A stretch of DNA of 64,000 nucleotides. Source: Mobula hypostoma (Eukaryota). The notes under the pieces were generated by a model. It was not told the origin of the DNA and searched no databases. It saw only the letters and a list, made by a program, of their open reading frames with translations. The position numbers and the translations under genes are program-made. Every line of letters starts with the position of its first letter. The first letter of the stretch is position 1. Location of the stretch: assembly GCF_963921235.1 (NCBI RefSeq), contig NC_086108.1, positions 71,922,001-71,986,000 on the forward strand. Reading direction: 5' to 3'. Shown piece by piece: positions 12,021-25,378 of the stretch.

Positions 12021-12867
12021 TTAGCTGTAACCTCCAACTCAACGTAGAATGCATCTCAACTCTATACACAGTATATTATATAATGCAACCAAACCAATTC
12101 CAATTCCAAGTTCAATTGATGAGGATTTATGCCTCTTTCTCTGCATCTGAGCAAAACTTTCAAGCTGCCTGGACAACTTGAGATGGCCATTCATAAAGCT
12201 TTGTTAACCGTGGTTTCACTAGCAGACCAAAAATGAAAGAAGGGTAAAGTACAAACACTGGCTAAAATACTATCACAAATCAGGCCACCACACCTTAGGA
12301 AAGATGTCAAGGCTTTCAGGAAATAGATGTCCATTCTCCTTGGAGCAGTGACGATGAAAAGGACATTTGGCAGAAGTGCTTAAGATTAAGATTTTAATAG
12401 CATCAAAAGGGAGAAACTGTGCCACAAGGTGCAGATTTAATGTAAGTGCCCAAAGAACTGAGAGAACAAGGTAAAGCATTTTTACACAGCATATTGTTGT
12501 TGCAAGATAAGAACCCCATTAAAATACTCTCACATTTACCTTTCATATAATACCACAGCATCTTATAATGCACATTAATAAACACACAATTTAATGTATA
12601 TTTTGCCTCTATAAATATTATATCCACCAAAAAAATCTCAGCCAGCTTAGATTAATTGCAAATTATGAATTTTCCTCCCATTGTAATTGGAGGGTCCAGA
12701 TGCAGGGATTGGATACAAAATGATAAACGCATACATTCCAGTTTCTACAGACTAATTCAAATCAGATGTGACTCTCACTTATTCTGTTCTGGGCTCTCTG
12801 GCGATGCAATCCATTATCCCCTGTACAGATTAAGGAAACATGCACAATATTTGATCTTCCTTAACAG

Positions 12868-13430
12868 TCGCGATGTAATGATGCAGTTCTATAAAACTCT
12901 GGTTAGGCCACACTTGGAGTACTGTGTCCAGTTCTGGTCACCTCACTATAGGAAGGATGTGGAAGCATTGGAAAGGGTACAGAGGAGATTTACCAAGATG
13001 CTGCCTGGTTTAGAGAGTATGCATTATGATCAGAGATTAAGGGAGCTAGGGCTTTACTCTTTGGAGAGAAGGAGGATGAGAGGAGACATGATAGAGGTGT
13101 ACAAGATAATAAGAGGAATAGAAAGAGTGGATAGCCAGCACCTCTTCCCCAGGGCACCACTGCTCAATACAAGAGGACATGGCTTTAAGGTAAGGGGTGG
13201 GAAGTTCAAGGGGGATATTAGAGGAAGGTTTTTTACTCAGAGAGTGGTTGGTGCGTGGAATGCACTGCCTGAGTCAGTGGTGGAGGCAGATACACTTGTG
13301 AAGTTTAAGAGACTACTAGACAGGTATATGGAGGAATTTAAGGTGGGGGGTTATATGGGAGGCAGGGTTTGAGGGTCCGTACAACATTGTGGGCTGAAGG
13401 GCCTGTACTGTGCTGTACTATTCTATGTCC
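12868..13430 (+). mobile_element. Young CR1 3' end with TSD
   Basis: Uninterrupted ORF2 C-terminus within ORF 12656..13372; TAACAG duplicated at 12862-12867 and 13431-13436. Confidence 0.9.
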
Positions 13431-14912
13431 TAACAGGTGTATCACTTTGGATACTGTCGGGAGTGATGACCTAACAGAGGAAAGTTGCAGTGGGCCAGTC
13501 TCTGGCACTGAGTCTGCCTCTGTGAATCAGAAGGGAAGAGGGGAGAAAAGGCATGGTGTGGCAATAGGGGATTCATTAGTTAGGGGAATGAACAGGAGGT
13601 TCTGTGGACAGGAACGAGATTCCCAGATGGTATGTTACCTCCAGGTGTCAGAGTCCGGGATATCTTGGACTGAGTCCTCAGCATTCTTAAGTTGGAGGGT
13701 GAACAGTCAGAAGTTGTGGTCCATGTAGGTACCAATAACATAGGAAGGATGAATGACAATATTCTGTATGGGGAGTTCAAGGAGTTAGATGCTAAGTTAA
13801 AGGGCAGGACCTCCAGGGTTGTGATCTCAGGATTGCTACCTGTGCCACGTGCTAGTGAGACCAGAACTAGGAAGATTATATAGGTTAATATGTGTCTATG
13901 AAGTTGGTGTAGGAGGAAGGGCACGAGATTTTTGGATCATTGGGCTCTCTTCCAGGGAAGGCAGGACCAACACAAAAGGGACAGCTTGCACCTGAACTGG
14001 ACGGGGACAAGTATCCTAGCGGGAAGGTTTGTTAATGCTGCATGGAGGGGTTTAAACTAGAGTTGCAGGGAGATGGGGACCAGAGTGCTAGAACAGTTAG
14101 TGGAGAGGTTGTGGAGGCAGATGTTGGTAAGACCTCAGAAAAAATTAGGAATCAAAAGGTTGAGCACTTTGGAAGAAGAAATGAAAGGGTTGACTATTTT
14201 CTAAATGGAGCGAAAATACAAAAAACTGAGATGCAAAAGGACTTGAGAGTCTTTGTGCAGGATTCCTTAAAGGTTAATTTGCTGGTTAATGCTGTGTTGA
14301 GGAAGACAAATACAATGTTAAGATTCATTTCAAGAGGACTAGTATAGATAAGCAAGGATGTAATGTAGAGACTTTATAAATCACTGGTGAGGCCTCACTT
14401 GGAGTATTGCAAGCAGTTTTGGGCCCCTTATCTTAAAAAGGATGTGTTGAAACTGGAGAGGCATCAAAGGAGGTTTATGAAAATGATGCCAAGAGTGAAT
14501 GGCTTGTCATATGAAGAGTGTTTGGTGGCTCTGGGCCTGTATTTGCTGCAATTCAAAAGAAAGAAAGGTGAAATGCTGTGATCCAGTAGATGTGGAGAGG
14601 ATGTTTCCTATTGTGGGAGAATCTAAGACCAGAGGACATAGCCTCAGAATCGATGTGGGTCCTTTTAGAATGGAGATGAAGAGGAATTTCTTTAGCCACA
14701 GAGTGATGAATCTGTGGAATTTTTTGTCACAGGCCAAGCCTTTATATATATTTAAGGCAGAGGTTGATAGATTCTTGATTGGTCAGGGGATGAAGGCATA
14801 TGGGGAGAAGGCTGACTGGGGATGAGAAGAAAATTGAATCAGCCATGATGAAACGGCAGAGCAGACTTGATAGGTCAAATGGCCTAGTTCTGCTCTTGGA
14901 TCTTATGGTCTT
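13431..14912 (+). mobile_element. Internally deleted CR1 (ORF1 esterase plus ORF2 C-terminus)
   Basis: VAIGDSLVRG, VVVHVGTNNIG, SRVVISGLLPVPRA; then RPHLEYC..FWAPYL; tail TCTTATGGTCTT. Confidence 0.85.
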
Positions 14913-15150
14913 GTGAGCAAATAAAAAGATGTATGTATACCCAGAGAGTGAAGATGAACCAGCAGAGATGCAGGACAAATAGAGATAGATCTATGTCTGG
15001 CACACACGATTAATATGGTTGCATTCCTAATTAGGTCCTTTGGAGGTACCAGGTTTGATTCCTTTGGATTAGGGCTGTTGAGTGTTAGCCTAGTTAAACT
15101 TAATCCCCGGGCAGAAAACTTTATTCATTTATATTACCAGTTCAGTGATT

Positions 15151-15216
15151 GGTCCTTTCTAGATTGTTTTGGGTGTGGAGTTGGGACCTTCCTAGATTGT
15201 TTCAGGTGTGGAGTTG
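15151..15216. repeat. 33-bp tandem duplication
   Basis: GGTCCTTTCTAGATTGTTTTGGGTGTGGAGTTG / GGACCTTCCTAGATTGTTTCAGGTGTGGAGTTG. Confidence 0.85.
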
Positions 15217-16594
15217 GAAGGCCAATGGGGTGATATTTATTATGATGGTGATATTGGCCTGGGTGACTTAGAACTGCAGCCTACATTTCCAAACAGCATT
15301 ACACCTTATGCACATATGTGCATTTCTAGATACTTGAGCAGCATATCTGACCTCCTGCTCTGTCACTGGACTTGGCACTGAGGTCAGGACAGTGCTCAGT
15401 AGTATTACAGAGCTACATGTACTTTATGTTGCGCCCCTCAGCTTTATGCTAGTCACAGCTGCTGCATGTAGATCAACTCTCTTTCACTTGAAGTCGGCTG
15501 CTGAATGGGATTAAACAGTTCAGTGCAGGTTTGTCATTTGCTTTTTTTGCCTCTATTTTACATAAAATTACTTAGTTATTTCACCTCTATAATTTTAGTG
15601 TGGCTGTAAGTAAATCCACTATGACAATTTTAATTTTTTTCATTTGTAGATGGCTCCACTTTGTAATGAGAAACTATAGCCCACTTTGAACTGCAGCCCT
15701 GTGAAAAGTTAGTATTAAAATTAATGTTGCCACCAAAACTAGTGGTTTTATCAAAAAATCTGGGCAGCATGCATTATCTTTCTACTTACAGGCCTATACA
15801 TGGAGTGCCTATTACCCCTTCCTATCGGTCCTACAAAAACATGTTTTGTTCATCACAATAAGTCGTCACTTTAACTGGTGCATTTTGTCTGAATAGTTTA
15901 AATAAATTCTACTACTTGAGCTGAGACAAGGGAAAATTGCACATGTTCAGTATTATCCTCTGAATTTCCATTTGCCCTTCTAGAATTATTTACACCATTT
16001 TTGAAAGATGGACCATTTGATTTCAGCATTTGATTAAAGGCAGCATGAAGGGCAAAGATCCACCTTTGCAATCATCTTTGTATCTCACCAATGGATTGTC
16101 CCCAAGGATAACACAATCTCTGGTTTAACAGTTGTATCTTCAATTACTTGGGAACTGAAATCATCGTGCTGACAGTTGATGCTAACTAATTAGATCTCAA
16201 GCTTCCAAAGTGCCTAATTACTATTAAGCTGAGATACGCCACAGCTGTTGCATAAGGGAGTTATTGAGGCCAATCTGACCTTCCTCAGAAAAATAATTAT
16301 TTTACGTCACCAATGTAAAAGGTATTTACACGATATGAATTAAGTGAAAAACAATTCTGTGAAGCATTTTGAGTTTTGTTACATTAATTAGATGTGATCA
16401 TGTCAGTTTTACATTGCCAAAGAGAGAAAGAGGAAGGTTTGCTGAAGAAGTTCTTTACCTCATTTAGTAAATGTAACTTACCTTATAAGTCATTTTGGTA
16501 TTGATAGAAAACTGATCTTAGTGTTCACAGTGACACAGCAGAGATGCACAGGTAGCTATGCTTTGTAAGTTTTTGAAGAATTAGAAGTTATATT

Positions 16595-17985
16595 TAAGAT
16601 TCAAGATTACTTAATGCCATTTCCAGTACATAAGTGTAAAGGAGAATGAAATAATTATTATTCTGGATTGAAGCAGCATAAAAAAATCATTATAAGATAG
16701 ACATAATAAAAAAAACAATAATTATGAGCAGATAAGATAGCTTATATTGTATACATAGATTGTTTGTATGCCCATAAAGATACAATGGACAGGGGTGTCT
16801 ATAAATAAGGTTACTGACAGGAAATGGTAAAGCAATGGTGAGGGTGGTGGGGATGGGTTAGCAGGTGAAGGTGTTGATCAACCTTTCTGTTTGGGGTTTG
16901 GGGCAAGTAATTGTCTTTGAGTCCGGTGGTCCTGGCATGGATGCTACGTGGCCTCCTCCCTGATGGGAGTGGGACAAACAGTCCCCGTGCTGTGAGGGTG
17001 GGATCCTTTATGAAGTTGCTGGCCTTTTCTCAGCACCTTTCAGTGTCTGTGTCCTTGGTGCCGGTGGTGCATTGGGCTGTTTAGTCTAGCCGCTGCAGAG
17101 TCCTCCTGTCTGCTGCAGTGCAGTTTCCGTACCACGCAGTGACGCAGCTCGTGGGGATGCTCGCTGCTGCACATCCGTAGAGCGACACGAGTATGGATGT
17201 ATAAAGTCCAGCTCTCTTCAGAAAGTAGAGGTGCTGGTGATCTTTCTTGACTGTATAGGTTGTGTATGAAGTGCATTCTCAGGAGATTGAAAATGCTCCG
17301 TTTCCACTGTTGTGCCACTGATGTGAAGAGAGCTGTAAGCATTGCAGGTTCTCCCGAAGTCTATAACTCTCTCCTGTGACTTGTTGACATTCAGGAAGAG
17401 GTTATTTGCCTGGCACCAGGCCTTGATCTCCTCCACCTCCTCTCTGTAGGGCATCTCATCATTGCTGGTGATGAACCCCACCATCGTCATGTCATCGGTG
17501 AACTTGATTCTGTGATTACTTGGGTGTTTGGCCGTGCGGTCATGTGTGGGCAACGTGTACTGCAATGGGCTCAGTACAGCCCTTGGGGTACCCATGTTGT
17601 GGATGATGGGGAGGGGGGAGCGGTTATACATCCTGACTCTCTGAGCTCTGTTGGTTAGGAAGTCCCACACCCAGTTACACAGTGGTGTACTTAGACCAAA
17701 GAGCAGGAGTTTGTTCACCAAGGTCTGTGGGACAATGGTGTTGAATGCTGCAATGAAATCCAGAAACAGCATTCTGACATAAATGTCTTTGTTTTCTAGG
17801 TGTGTCAGGGCCAGGTGCATGACAGATGCTACGACATCTGTTGTAGAGCAGTTTTTCAGTAAGCATATTGGTGAGTGTCCAGTGTGGCAGGAATGGAGGT
17901 TATGATATGTGCCATTACCAGCTGTTCGAAGCAATTCATGATGCAGAAATTGGCGTCGGTGCCACCGGGCTGTAGTTATTTAGTT
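16595..17985 (-). mobile_element. Rex1/Babar-type LINE 3' half
   Basis: ORF 17218..17934 with RT motifs YVRMLFLDF.AAFNTI, LCNWVWDFLTNR, KFTDD; tail (TCAAGAT)n on +. Confidence 0.8.
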
Positions 17986-18399
17986 TTAAAGGTGCAGAGT
18001 CAATGAAATGCAGATCTATATGGGCACAAGTAGTCACCCCAGTGAATACCCACTGGCCAGGTACATCGAGGAAGACTGCTGCCCAAGTGAATGTAGTGAC
18101 TCAGTCCTGACAACAGATGAAGAATGTATTCTCTTAGCAGAAAGGCAAGATTGTATGTTTCTCTCCCGTTTGCACACTCTCCTCAAAGATGCTCTCAGAT
18201 CTGATTCAAATCTAATCCGGAAACTGCTGAACTCTGACAAAAAAACACCCCTTAAAGTCATAAGGGTAACCATCAGTCTTTTCCATCTGCAGTTTGACTG
18301 CTGATAAGCTACATGACCTGATAATAATGGTGGGAGTGTTCGGTAAGGAGCAGCAGATTCTGAAGCATCATGAAATGCGGTTATTCTGACGTGCTATAC

Positions 18400-19345
18400 T
18401 CTGGGAGATCAAAAGTAAAAGCGTGGTACACTGTTAAAGGCAAATTCTTCAGGAGTGTTGATGTTCAGAGGGATTTTGGGGATTCAAGTCAAGAGCTCTC
18501 TGAAAGAGGTGACACATGTTGACAGGATGGTAAAGAAGGCACATGGCATACTTAACCTTTGTTAGTTGAGGAAACAAGTTCAAGAATCAGGAGGCTATGT
18601 TACAGCTTTATAAAACTCTAATAATGCATTCAATTCTGGCTGCCCCATTATCGGAAGGATGTGGAGGCTCCGAAGGGGGTGCAGCAGATGTTTGACAGAA
18701 TGCTGCTTGGTTTAGAGAGCATATACTATAATGAGAAGTTGGACAAACTTGGCTTCTTATTTCTTGAGTGGCAAAGGCTGAGGGGAGATCAGATATGGGT
18801 TTGCAAGATAATGAGAGGCATAGATAGAGGAGACAAGAACCTTCTTCCCACCATTGAAATATTGAATATCAGAGGGCATGAACGAGGTTGTACGATCTCC
18901 CTGTGATCATGTGGGTTTCCTCTGGGTGGCCCAGTTTCCTCCCACAGTCCAAAGAAGTAGCAATTAGTAGGTTAATTGGTCATTGTAAATTGTCCTGTGA
19001 TTAGGCTCGGGTTAAATTGGGGGTTTCTGGATGGCATAGCTCAAAGGGTTAGTCCATGCTGTATTTTAATAAATAAATGAAATTAATACACTTAAGGTGA
19101 GAAGAAGTAAATTCAAAGGAGATTTTTTTTACACTGAGAAGTACCCAGAATGCACTGCCTGGGGTGATGGTGGAGGCAAATACAATAGAGGTGGTCAAGA
19201 GGCTCTTCGGATGTACAGGAAATGAGAGGATATGGACATTGTGTAGACAGAGGGATCAGTTTAGTTGGGTATTTGATTACTAAGTTAATTAGTTTGACAA
19301 ACATTGTTTGCTGAAAGGTCAGTTCCTGAACAATGTATCTGTTCT
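18400..19345 (+). mobile_element. Old CR1 3' part
   Basis: ORF 18661..18906 (LDKLGFLFLE..RLRGD...CKIMRGID). Confidence 0.75.
18885..19085 (+). mobile_element. V-SINE-like SINE inserted in a CR1
   Basis: TGTGGGTTTCCTCTGGGTG..CAGTTTCCTCCCACAGTCCAAAGA..TAGGTTAATTGG core; (AAAT)n tail. Confidence 0.65.
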
Positions 19346-20150
19346 ACGTGTTTTATTGCTACCCTGTGGATTGAAAATAAATTAACATTTCGGATCTTCA
19401 CATGGATCTTGGAGCTGGAATGTGAAGTCTGTTTCTCCTTCCACAGCGACGGCCTCACATTCTGAGTATTTTCAGTAGTTTCCATTTTTAGTTCATGTTT
19501 CTAACTTCTGCAGTTTGTCGATTTGCTTTGATATTCTATTGGAGTGTGAGTTGGCCTTTGATCCTAATAGCCAGCTATTCATTTTTTAAGCAGCTCAATT
19601 TGCAATGAAGACAACAGAGTTCTTCTAACTGAAGAGCATTGATATTTGGAATGATGTATTTTGTGGTCATAAATTATCTAAATATCAAATTTCCCTTCAC
19701 TGCCATTGATTCTTTCAGCTTTAATGCATGCAAGCCTGCAAGCTGGACTCCATACTTGAGAGAAATCTTACAGCAGGGAAAATCCTGTCATCTGTTCAAG
19801 TGATGCTTCCTTTCCACAGGAAAAGTGAAGGTGTAAACTTTTTTCAGATTACAGCTGTGATTTCACTCTTACATTGGTGAACTGCAAACTGGCAGGTGTG
19901 GGTTACCTTTTTCCTTTGCGGTAAACTTCTGTGGAAACATACAATGTCTGGAAAAAATATTCAGCCCCAACCATTTGTTCACATAAATGAGAATTACAAT
20001 CGGGGTTTCTGATAAATTTAACTGAGGATTTTAATTTGTGAATCACATGCTCCAAACAACCCCAAAAAACAGAGAAAATTGTAAAGCATGAAAAACTAAA
20101 AATTCAAAAGCTGAAATGTCAGCAATTCAAAAGTATTCCCCTCCATTTGC

Positions 20151-21203
20151 TCAGTACTCAGTTGAACCACCTCTACCAGCTAATACAGTCCGCAATCTTT
20201 TTGGATAAAAGATTTGCACAACGTGATGGAGCAAGATTTGCCCACTCCTTCTTGCAGAATTACTCAAGTTGTGCCAAGGTCATCAGAGAATGACAGTGGA
20301 CAGCAGTCTTGAGGTCTTGCCAGAGACGTTTGATCCGGTTAAGGTCAGGACTCTAACTCCCAGTCCCACTCAAAGACATCAATTCTCTTTATTTGAAGCC
20401 ACTTCATGGTTGCTTTGGGTCATCCTGCTGAAAGACAAAATTCCTCTCCAGTTTAATCTTTCTGGCTGAGATCCAGGATCTCTCTGTATTTAGCAGCATT
20501 CATCTTCCCATCAATCCTGACCAGATTTCCAGTCCCTGCTACTGAACAGTATCCCCATAGCATGATGCTGGCTCCACCGTACTTTACAGTAGTGATGGTG
20601 TTACCTGGCTGATGCACAGTATTGGATTACACCACACATACTGTTTGGTGATACCAAAAAGATCCACTTTAGTCTCATCCGACCACAAGACCTTCTTCCA
20701 CATCTTTACAGTATCTTCTAAGAAACACTTTGCAACGCCTTTAGGGGCAAGAATACAGGGCTTCTTCCTTGTTATTCTTCCATAAATACCTGCTTTGTGC
20801 AAGGCTTTAGGGACTATGGAGCAATGAACTTCATCTCCAGTTGCAGCTACTGACTTCTGCAGCTCACACAGAGTGATTGTTGGCGTTACGGTAGCCTGGC
20901 TTACAAGTGTCATTCTTCTCCAGCACTATGTTTAGAGCAGGAGTTTCCAACCTGGGCTCCATGGACCCCTTGGCTAATGATAGGGGTCCATGGCATAAAA
21001 ATGATGGGAAACTCTGGTTTTGAGAGACAGCCTGGCCTAGGTAGTGTGGCTGTGATTTCATATTTTTTCCACTTTTTCAAGATGGACAGCACTGAGCTTT
21101 GAGATATGTTCAGTGCCTTTGAGACGGCCTTGTACCTTTCCCCAGATTTATGCTGCTTTATTATCATTCCCCTGGCTTGCTTTGAATGCTCTTTTGTTTT
21201 CAT
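20151..21203 (-). pseudogene. Tc1 DDE transposase pseudogene
   Basis: MKTKEHSKQ..HKSGERYKAVSKAL; WKKVLWSDETKVDLFG; FQQD; C-terminal GGSTEY*; frameshifts and a MITE insertion. Confidence 0.85.
20938..21016. mobile_element. hAT-type MITE (79 bp)
   Basis: CAGGAGTTTCCAACC...GATGGGAAACTCTG termini; 8-bp TSD GTTTAGAG/GTTTTGAG. Confidence 0.75.
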
Positions 21204-21569
21204 TTTGGTTTGATCTGTTGAAAATCTACCATACTGTTGGACTTTACAGAGAGAGGGGTTATTTATCCTTATGAATTCATGAATTATGAACAGATTATCC
21301 TCCAGTTCTCTACATCAACAGATTTGGTGAATTGGTAATGCAATATTGGCCCCTGAAGAAAGTTAGCATAGTAATTACAATGGGGAAGAATACTTTTACA
21401 GCCCCACAATTTTGATTTTTACCTTTTAGGGAATTGCTGACTGGTTTTGGAATTTTTCTTTTGACTTGACATGATGCACATTAGCTCAAAAATCCTACCT
21501 CAATGTATTTTAAATTTAGAAAATGTGAAAATAATTGTGGGACTGAATACTTTTTCAAGGCACTATAGA

Positions 21570-21990
21570 AAATGCCATTTGGCCCTTCTTTCCTGGTCTA
21601 CTATTCTATATGATAATGAGTGACCAATCATATTAAGTACCCCATTCTTACTTTCTCTCTATATCTCTTGATCACTTTAGTGATCAGTCCATCACTTCGA
21701 TGTATTAAATTATTTGACCATAGTTTCTTCTGTGGTAGATAACTCCACAGATTCTCCACACATTCTCCACACTTTGGGTGAGGAAAATTCTCATTTTCTC
21801 AGTCCAAAATGGCCTATCCCATATCCTTAGGCTGTAACTGCTGGGTTTGAAGTTCCCCAACATCAGGAACATCCATCTTGCAACAATTCTATCTGGTCCT
21901 GTTAGGATTTTATAAGTTTCAGTGAGGTCTGCTTTCATTCTTTGAAACTGTAGTGATTCCAAGACTAATTGTCCCAAACTCTCTTCTGCT
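21570..21990 (-). mobile_element. Old CR1 3' end
   Basis: ORF 21705..22034 (RMKADLTETYKILTG..MF.MLG). Confidence 0.65.
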
Positions 21991-22164
21991 CCCAGTTTAA
22001 TTTCTGGTTTAATTTCCCCAAAGGTCCAATCCAATTAAATCAGATCAAGACGCAAGTGCATTTTCATAGGGAATGTAGAAAGTGAAGAATGGTGTCTGCT
22101 CTGATTCCCAGAAAAGACAAGAATCTTAAGTATCTAGAAATAATGTATTTATTCTTCCCGAGTT

Positions 22165-24240
22165 AGGTGTTCTTCAAGAGTGACAATGGAAAAGTGTGTA
22201 TGGAACCAGAGGAGATAGCAGAGGTACTTAATGAGTACTTTGCTTCAGTATTCACTATGGAAAAGGATCTTGGCGATTGTAGGGATGACTTACAGCGGAC
22301 TGAAAAGCTTGAGCATGTAGATATTAAGAAAGAGGATGTGCAGGAGCTTTTGGAAAGCACCAAGTTGGATAAGTCACAGAGACCGGATGAGATGTACCCG
22401 AGGCTACTGTGGGAGGCGAGGGTGGAGACTGCTGAGCCTCTGGCGATGATCTTTGCATCATCAATGAGGATGGGAGAGGTTCCGGAGGATTGGAGGGTTG
22501 CGGATGTTGTTCCATTATTCAAGAAAGGGAGTAGAGGTAGCCCAGGAAATTATAGACCAGTGAGTCTTACTTCAGTGGTTGGTAAGTTGATGGAGAAGAT
22601 CCTGAGAGGCAGGATTTATGAACATTTAGAGAGGTATATTATGATTAGGTATAGTCAGCATGGCTTTGTCAAAGGCAGGTCGTGCCTTATGAGCCTGATT
22701 GTATTTTTCGAGGATTGATGATGGTAGACCAGAAAATGTAGTGTATATGGATTTCAGCAAGGCATTTGACAAGGTACCCCATGTAAGTCTTGTTGAGAAA
22801 GTAAGGAAGCATGGGATCCAAGGGGAAATTGCTTTGTGGATCCAGAACTGGCTTGCCCACAGAAGGCAAAGGGTGTTTGTAGACGGGTCATATTCTGCTT
22901 GGAGGTCGGTCACCAGTGATGTGCTTCAAGGATCTGTTCTGGGACCCCTACTGTTTGTGATTTTTATAAATGACCTGAAAGCTGAAGAGGAGGGATGGGT
23001 TAGTAAATTTGCTGATGACACAAAGGTTGGAGGTGTTGTGGATAGTGTGGAGGACAGTCAGAGATTACAGTTGGACATTGATAGGATGCAAAAATAGGCT
23101 GAGAAGTGGCAGATGGAGTTCAACCCAGGTAAGTGTGAGGTGGTTCATTTTAGTAAGTCAAATATGATGACAGAATATAGTATTAATGGTAAGACTCTTG
23201 GCAGTACGGAGGATCAGAGGGATCTTGGGTTCCGAGTCCATAGGACACTCGAGGCTGCTGCTCAGGTTGCCTCTGTGGTTAAGAAAGCACACGGTGTATT
23301 GGCCTTCATCAATTGTGGGATTGAGTTTAAGAGCTGAGAGGTAATGTTGCAGCTATATAGGACCCTGGTCAGACCCCACTTGGAGTACTGTGCTCAGTTC
23401 TGTTCACCTCACTATGGTTATACTTTATACTTTATTGTCGCCACACAATTGATACTAGAACGTACAATCATCACAGCGATATTTGATTCTGCGCTTCCTG
23501 CTCCCTGGATTACAAATATTAAATATTAAAAATAGTAAAAAATTAGTGAATATTAAAAACTTAAATTATAAATCATAAGTAGAAAATAGAGAAACGGAAA
23601 ATAAGGTAGTGCAAAAAAACGGAGAGGCAGGTCGGATATTTGAGGGTACAGTCCAGATCCGGGTCAGGATCCGTTCAACAGTCTTATCACAGTTGGAAAG
23701 AAGCTGTTCCCAAATCTGGCTGTACGAGTCTTCAAGCTCGTAGGAAGGATATGGAAACCATAGGAAGGGTGCAGAGGAGATTTACAAGGATGTTGCCTGG
23801 ATTGGGGAGCATGCCTTATGAGAACAGGCTGATTTAACAGCGTTTTCTTCTTGGAGTGACAGAGGATGAGAGGTGACCTGATAGAGGTGTGTAAGATGAT
23901 GAGAGACATTGGTAGTGTGGATAGTCAGAGGCATTTCCCAGGGCTGAAATGGCTAGCATGAGAGGGCATAGTTTTAAGGTGCTTGGAAGTAGGTACAGAG
24001 GAGATATCAGGGGTAAGTTTTTTTTACACAGGGAGTGGTGAGTGTGTGGAATAGGCTGCCGGTGACGGTGGTGGAGGCGGATACGTTAGGGTCTCTTAAG
24101 AGACTCTTGGACAGGTATATGGAGCTCAGAAAAATAGGGGGCTATGGGTAACCCTAGGTAATTTCTCAGGTAAGGGCATGTTCGGCACAGCTTTGTGGGC
24201 CGAAGGGCCTGTATTGTGCTGTAGGTTTTCTATGTTTCTG
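22165..24240 (+). mobile_element. 5'-truncated CR1 LINE, RT domain to 3' tail
   Basis: ORFs 22167..22718, 22699..23097, 23113..23337: NYRPVSLTS, YMDFSKAFDKVPH, QGSVLGP, KFADDTK; tail TTTCTATGTTTCT. Confidence 0.92.
23416..23739 (-). mobile_element. Rex1/L2-type LINE 3' end nested in a CR1
   Basis: SLKTRTARFGNSFFPTVIRLLN; tail (TACTTTA)n; splits the CR1 sequence CCTCACTA|TAGGAAGG. Confidence 0.75.
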
Positions 24241-24583
24241 TGAGTCCAGGTCTTACCTACTGCTGTACAAACCAGACAAGTTCATAAAGCATTGTCAGCG
24301 TTGTCTGAAGATGGATTGACTTCTCTCATTGGGTATTCATATGACCAATAAATGTAGCCCAGCAACACTTGGAAACTTCAATAAAATACTAATTGAAGGC
24401 CACAGATGTTGTATACATAATTCCCAGCCCTTTTCTCTTTTCAATATAATCTTGGTTACCGTTTTTTGAAGTAGAAAGAATCAATTACCCTTTTCTCCTG
24501 TAATCAGTTGTGAACAGCTTATCGACAGAGTAATATGATAGCTGGAAAAGAGGAAATGTTGATAAATTAATGTACTGCAGTGA

Positions 24584-24608
24584 GTGTGTGTGTGTGTGTG
24601 TGTGTGTG
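24584..24608. repeat. (GT)n microsatellite
   Basis: Direct observation. Confidence 0.95.
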
Positions 24609-24664
24609 AACTGCATATGAAACATGCTACAAACACCTTTTACGGAAAGAGCTTAGAATATAGT

Positions 24665-24835
24665 ATGGATGCTTTCAAAAAAGAGATGGATAGAGCTCTT
24701 AAAGATAGTGGAATCGAAGGTTATGGGGATAAAGCAGGGACTGGATACTGATTGTGGATGATCAGCCATGATCCCAGTGAATGGCAGTGCTGGCTCAAAG
24801 GGCCAAATGGCCTACTCCTGCACCTATTGTCTATT
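24665..24835 (+). mobile_element. CR1 3' tail fragment
   Basis: GGATGATCAGCCATGATC..GAATGGC..GGGCCAAATGGCCTACTCCTGCACCT, matching 62610-62690. Confidence 0.75.
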
Positions 24836-25378
24836 AACTGTGAAACTGCAGAGGGAAAGATATTAATATTAAGAATTATAGAAGCTTTAGCATTCTCAAT
24901 GGATCAGTTCAAGCATTCTGTTATAGCATTGTAAGCACTGACATTTAAAACAAAATTCAAATATAAATGTTCATTGTAATGTATTATTTGAAGACCAGTC
25001 AAAGGATATGCACAATATTCTAATCAGGAGAAGTCAATATTCCAGAATTTGGAGCTTGCTTTTCAAAATCAAAATGGTGGATATCTTTATCCATTCTTCT
25101 AAGTGTAGTGACCTCATTCGATGATATTGCTGAATACACAAGGGAACCTGAGTAAAAAAAAGATTTGCTTCTGCAAATGTACTTCAGATATACTCCTTAA
25201 TGCTGAAGTCTTTGTGTAAATTAATCATTCAAAACCAAACTTGGAGAAGTAGAAATGATAAAAGTAAACTTAATCAGCAAGGATATAAATTTCTTACTTG
25301 GAGTCCAAGCAACAAATATGATGTGAGTTTCTGGAAGTTGTAGGTGAATTTGCTCGAATTTAAGAAGTTTTTGAAATG

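Larger units (their letters stand above)
19942..21565 (-). mobile_element. Full-length decayed Tc1 transposon with inner direct repeats
   Basis: TA flanks; termini CAATGTCTGGAAAAAATATTCAGCCCCA / revcomp TAGTGCCTTGAAAAAGTATTCAGTCCCA; inner AAAAGTATTC at 20129 and its revcomp at 21388. Confidence 0.85.

Noticed and set aside
24257..24304. Minus-strand 48-nt exon
   Set aside because: Stops in all three frames
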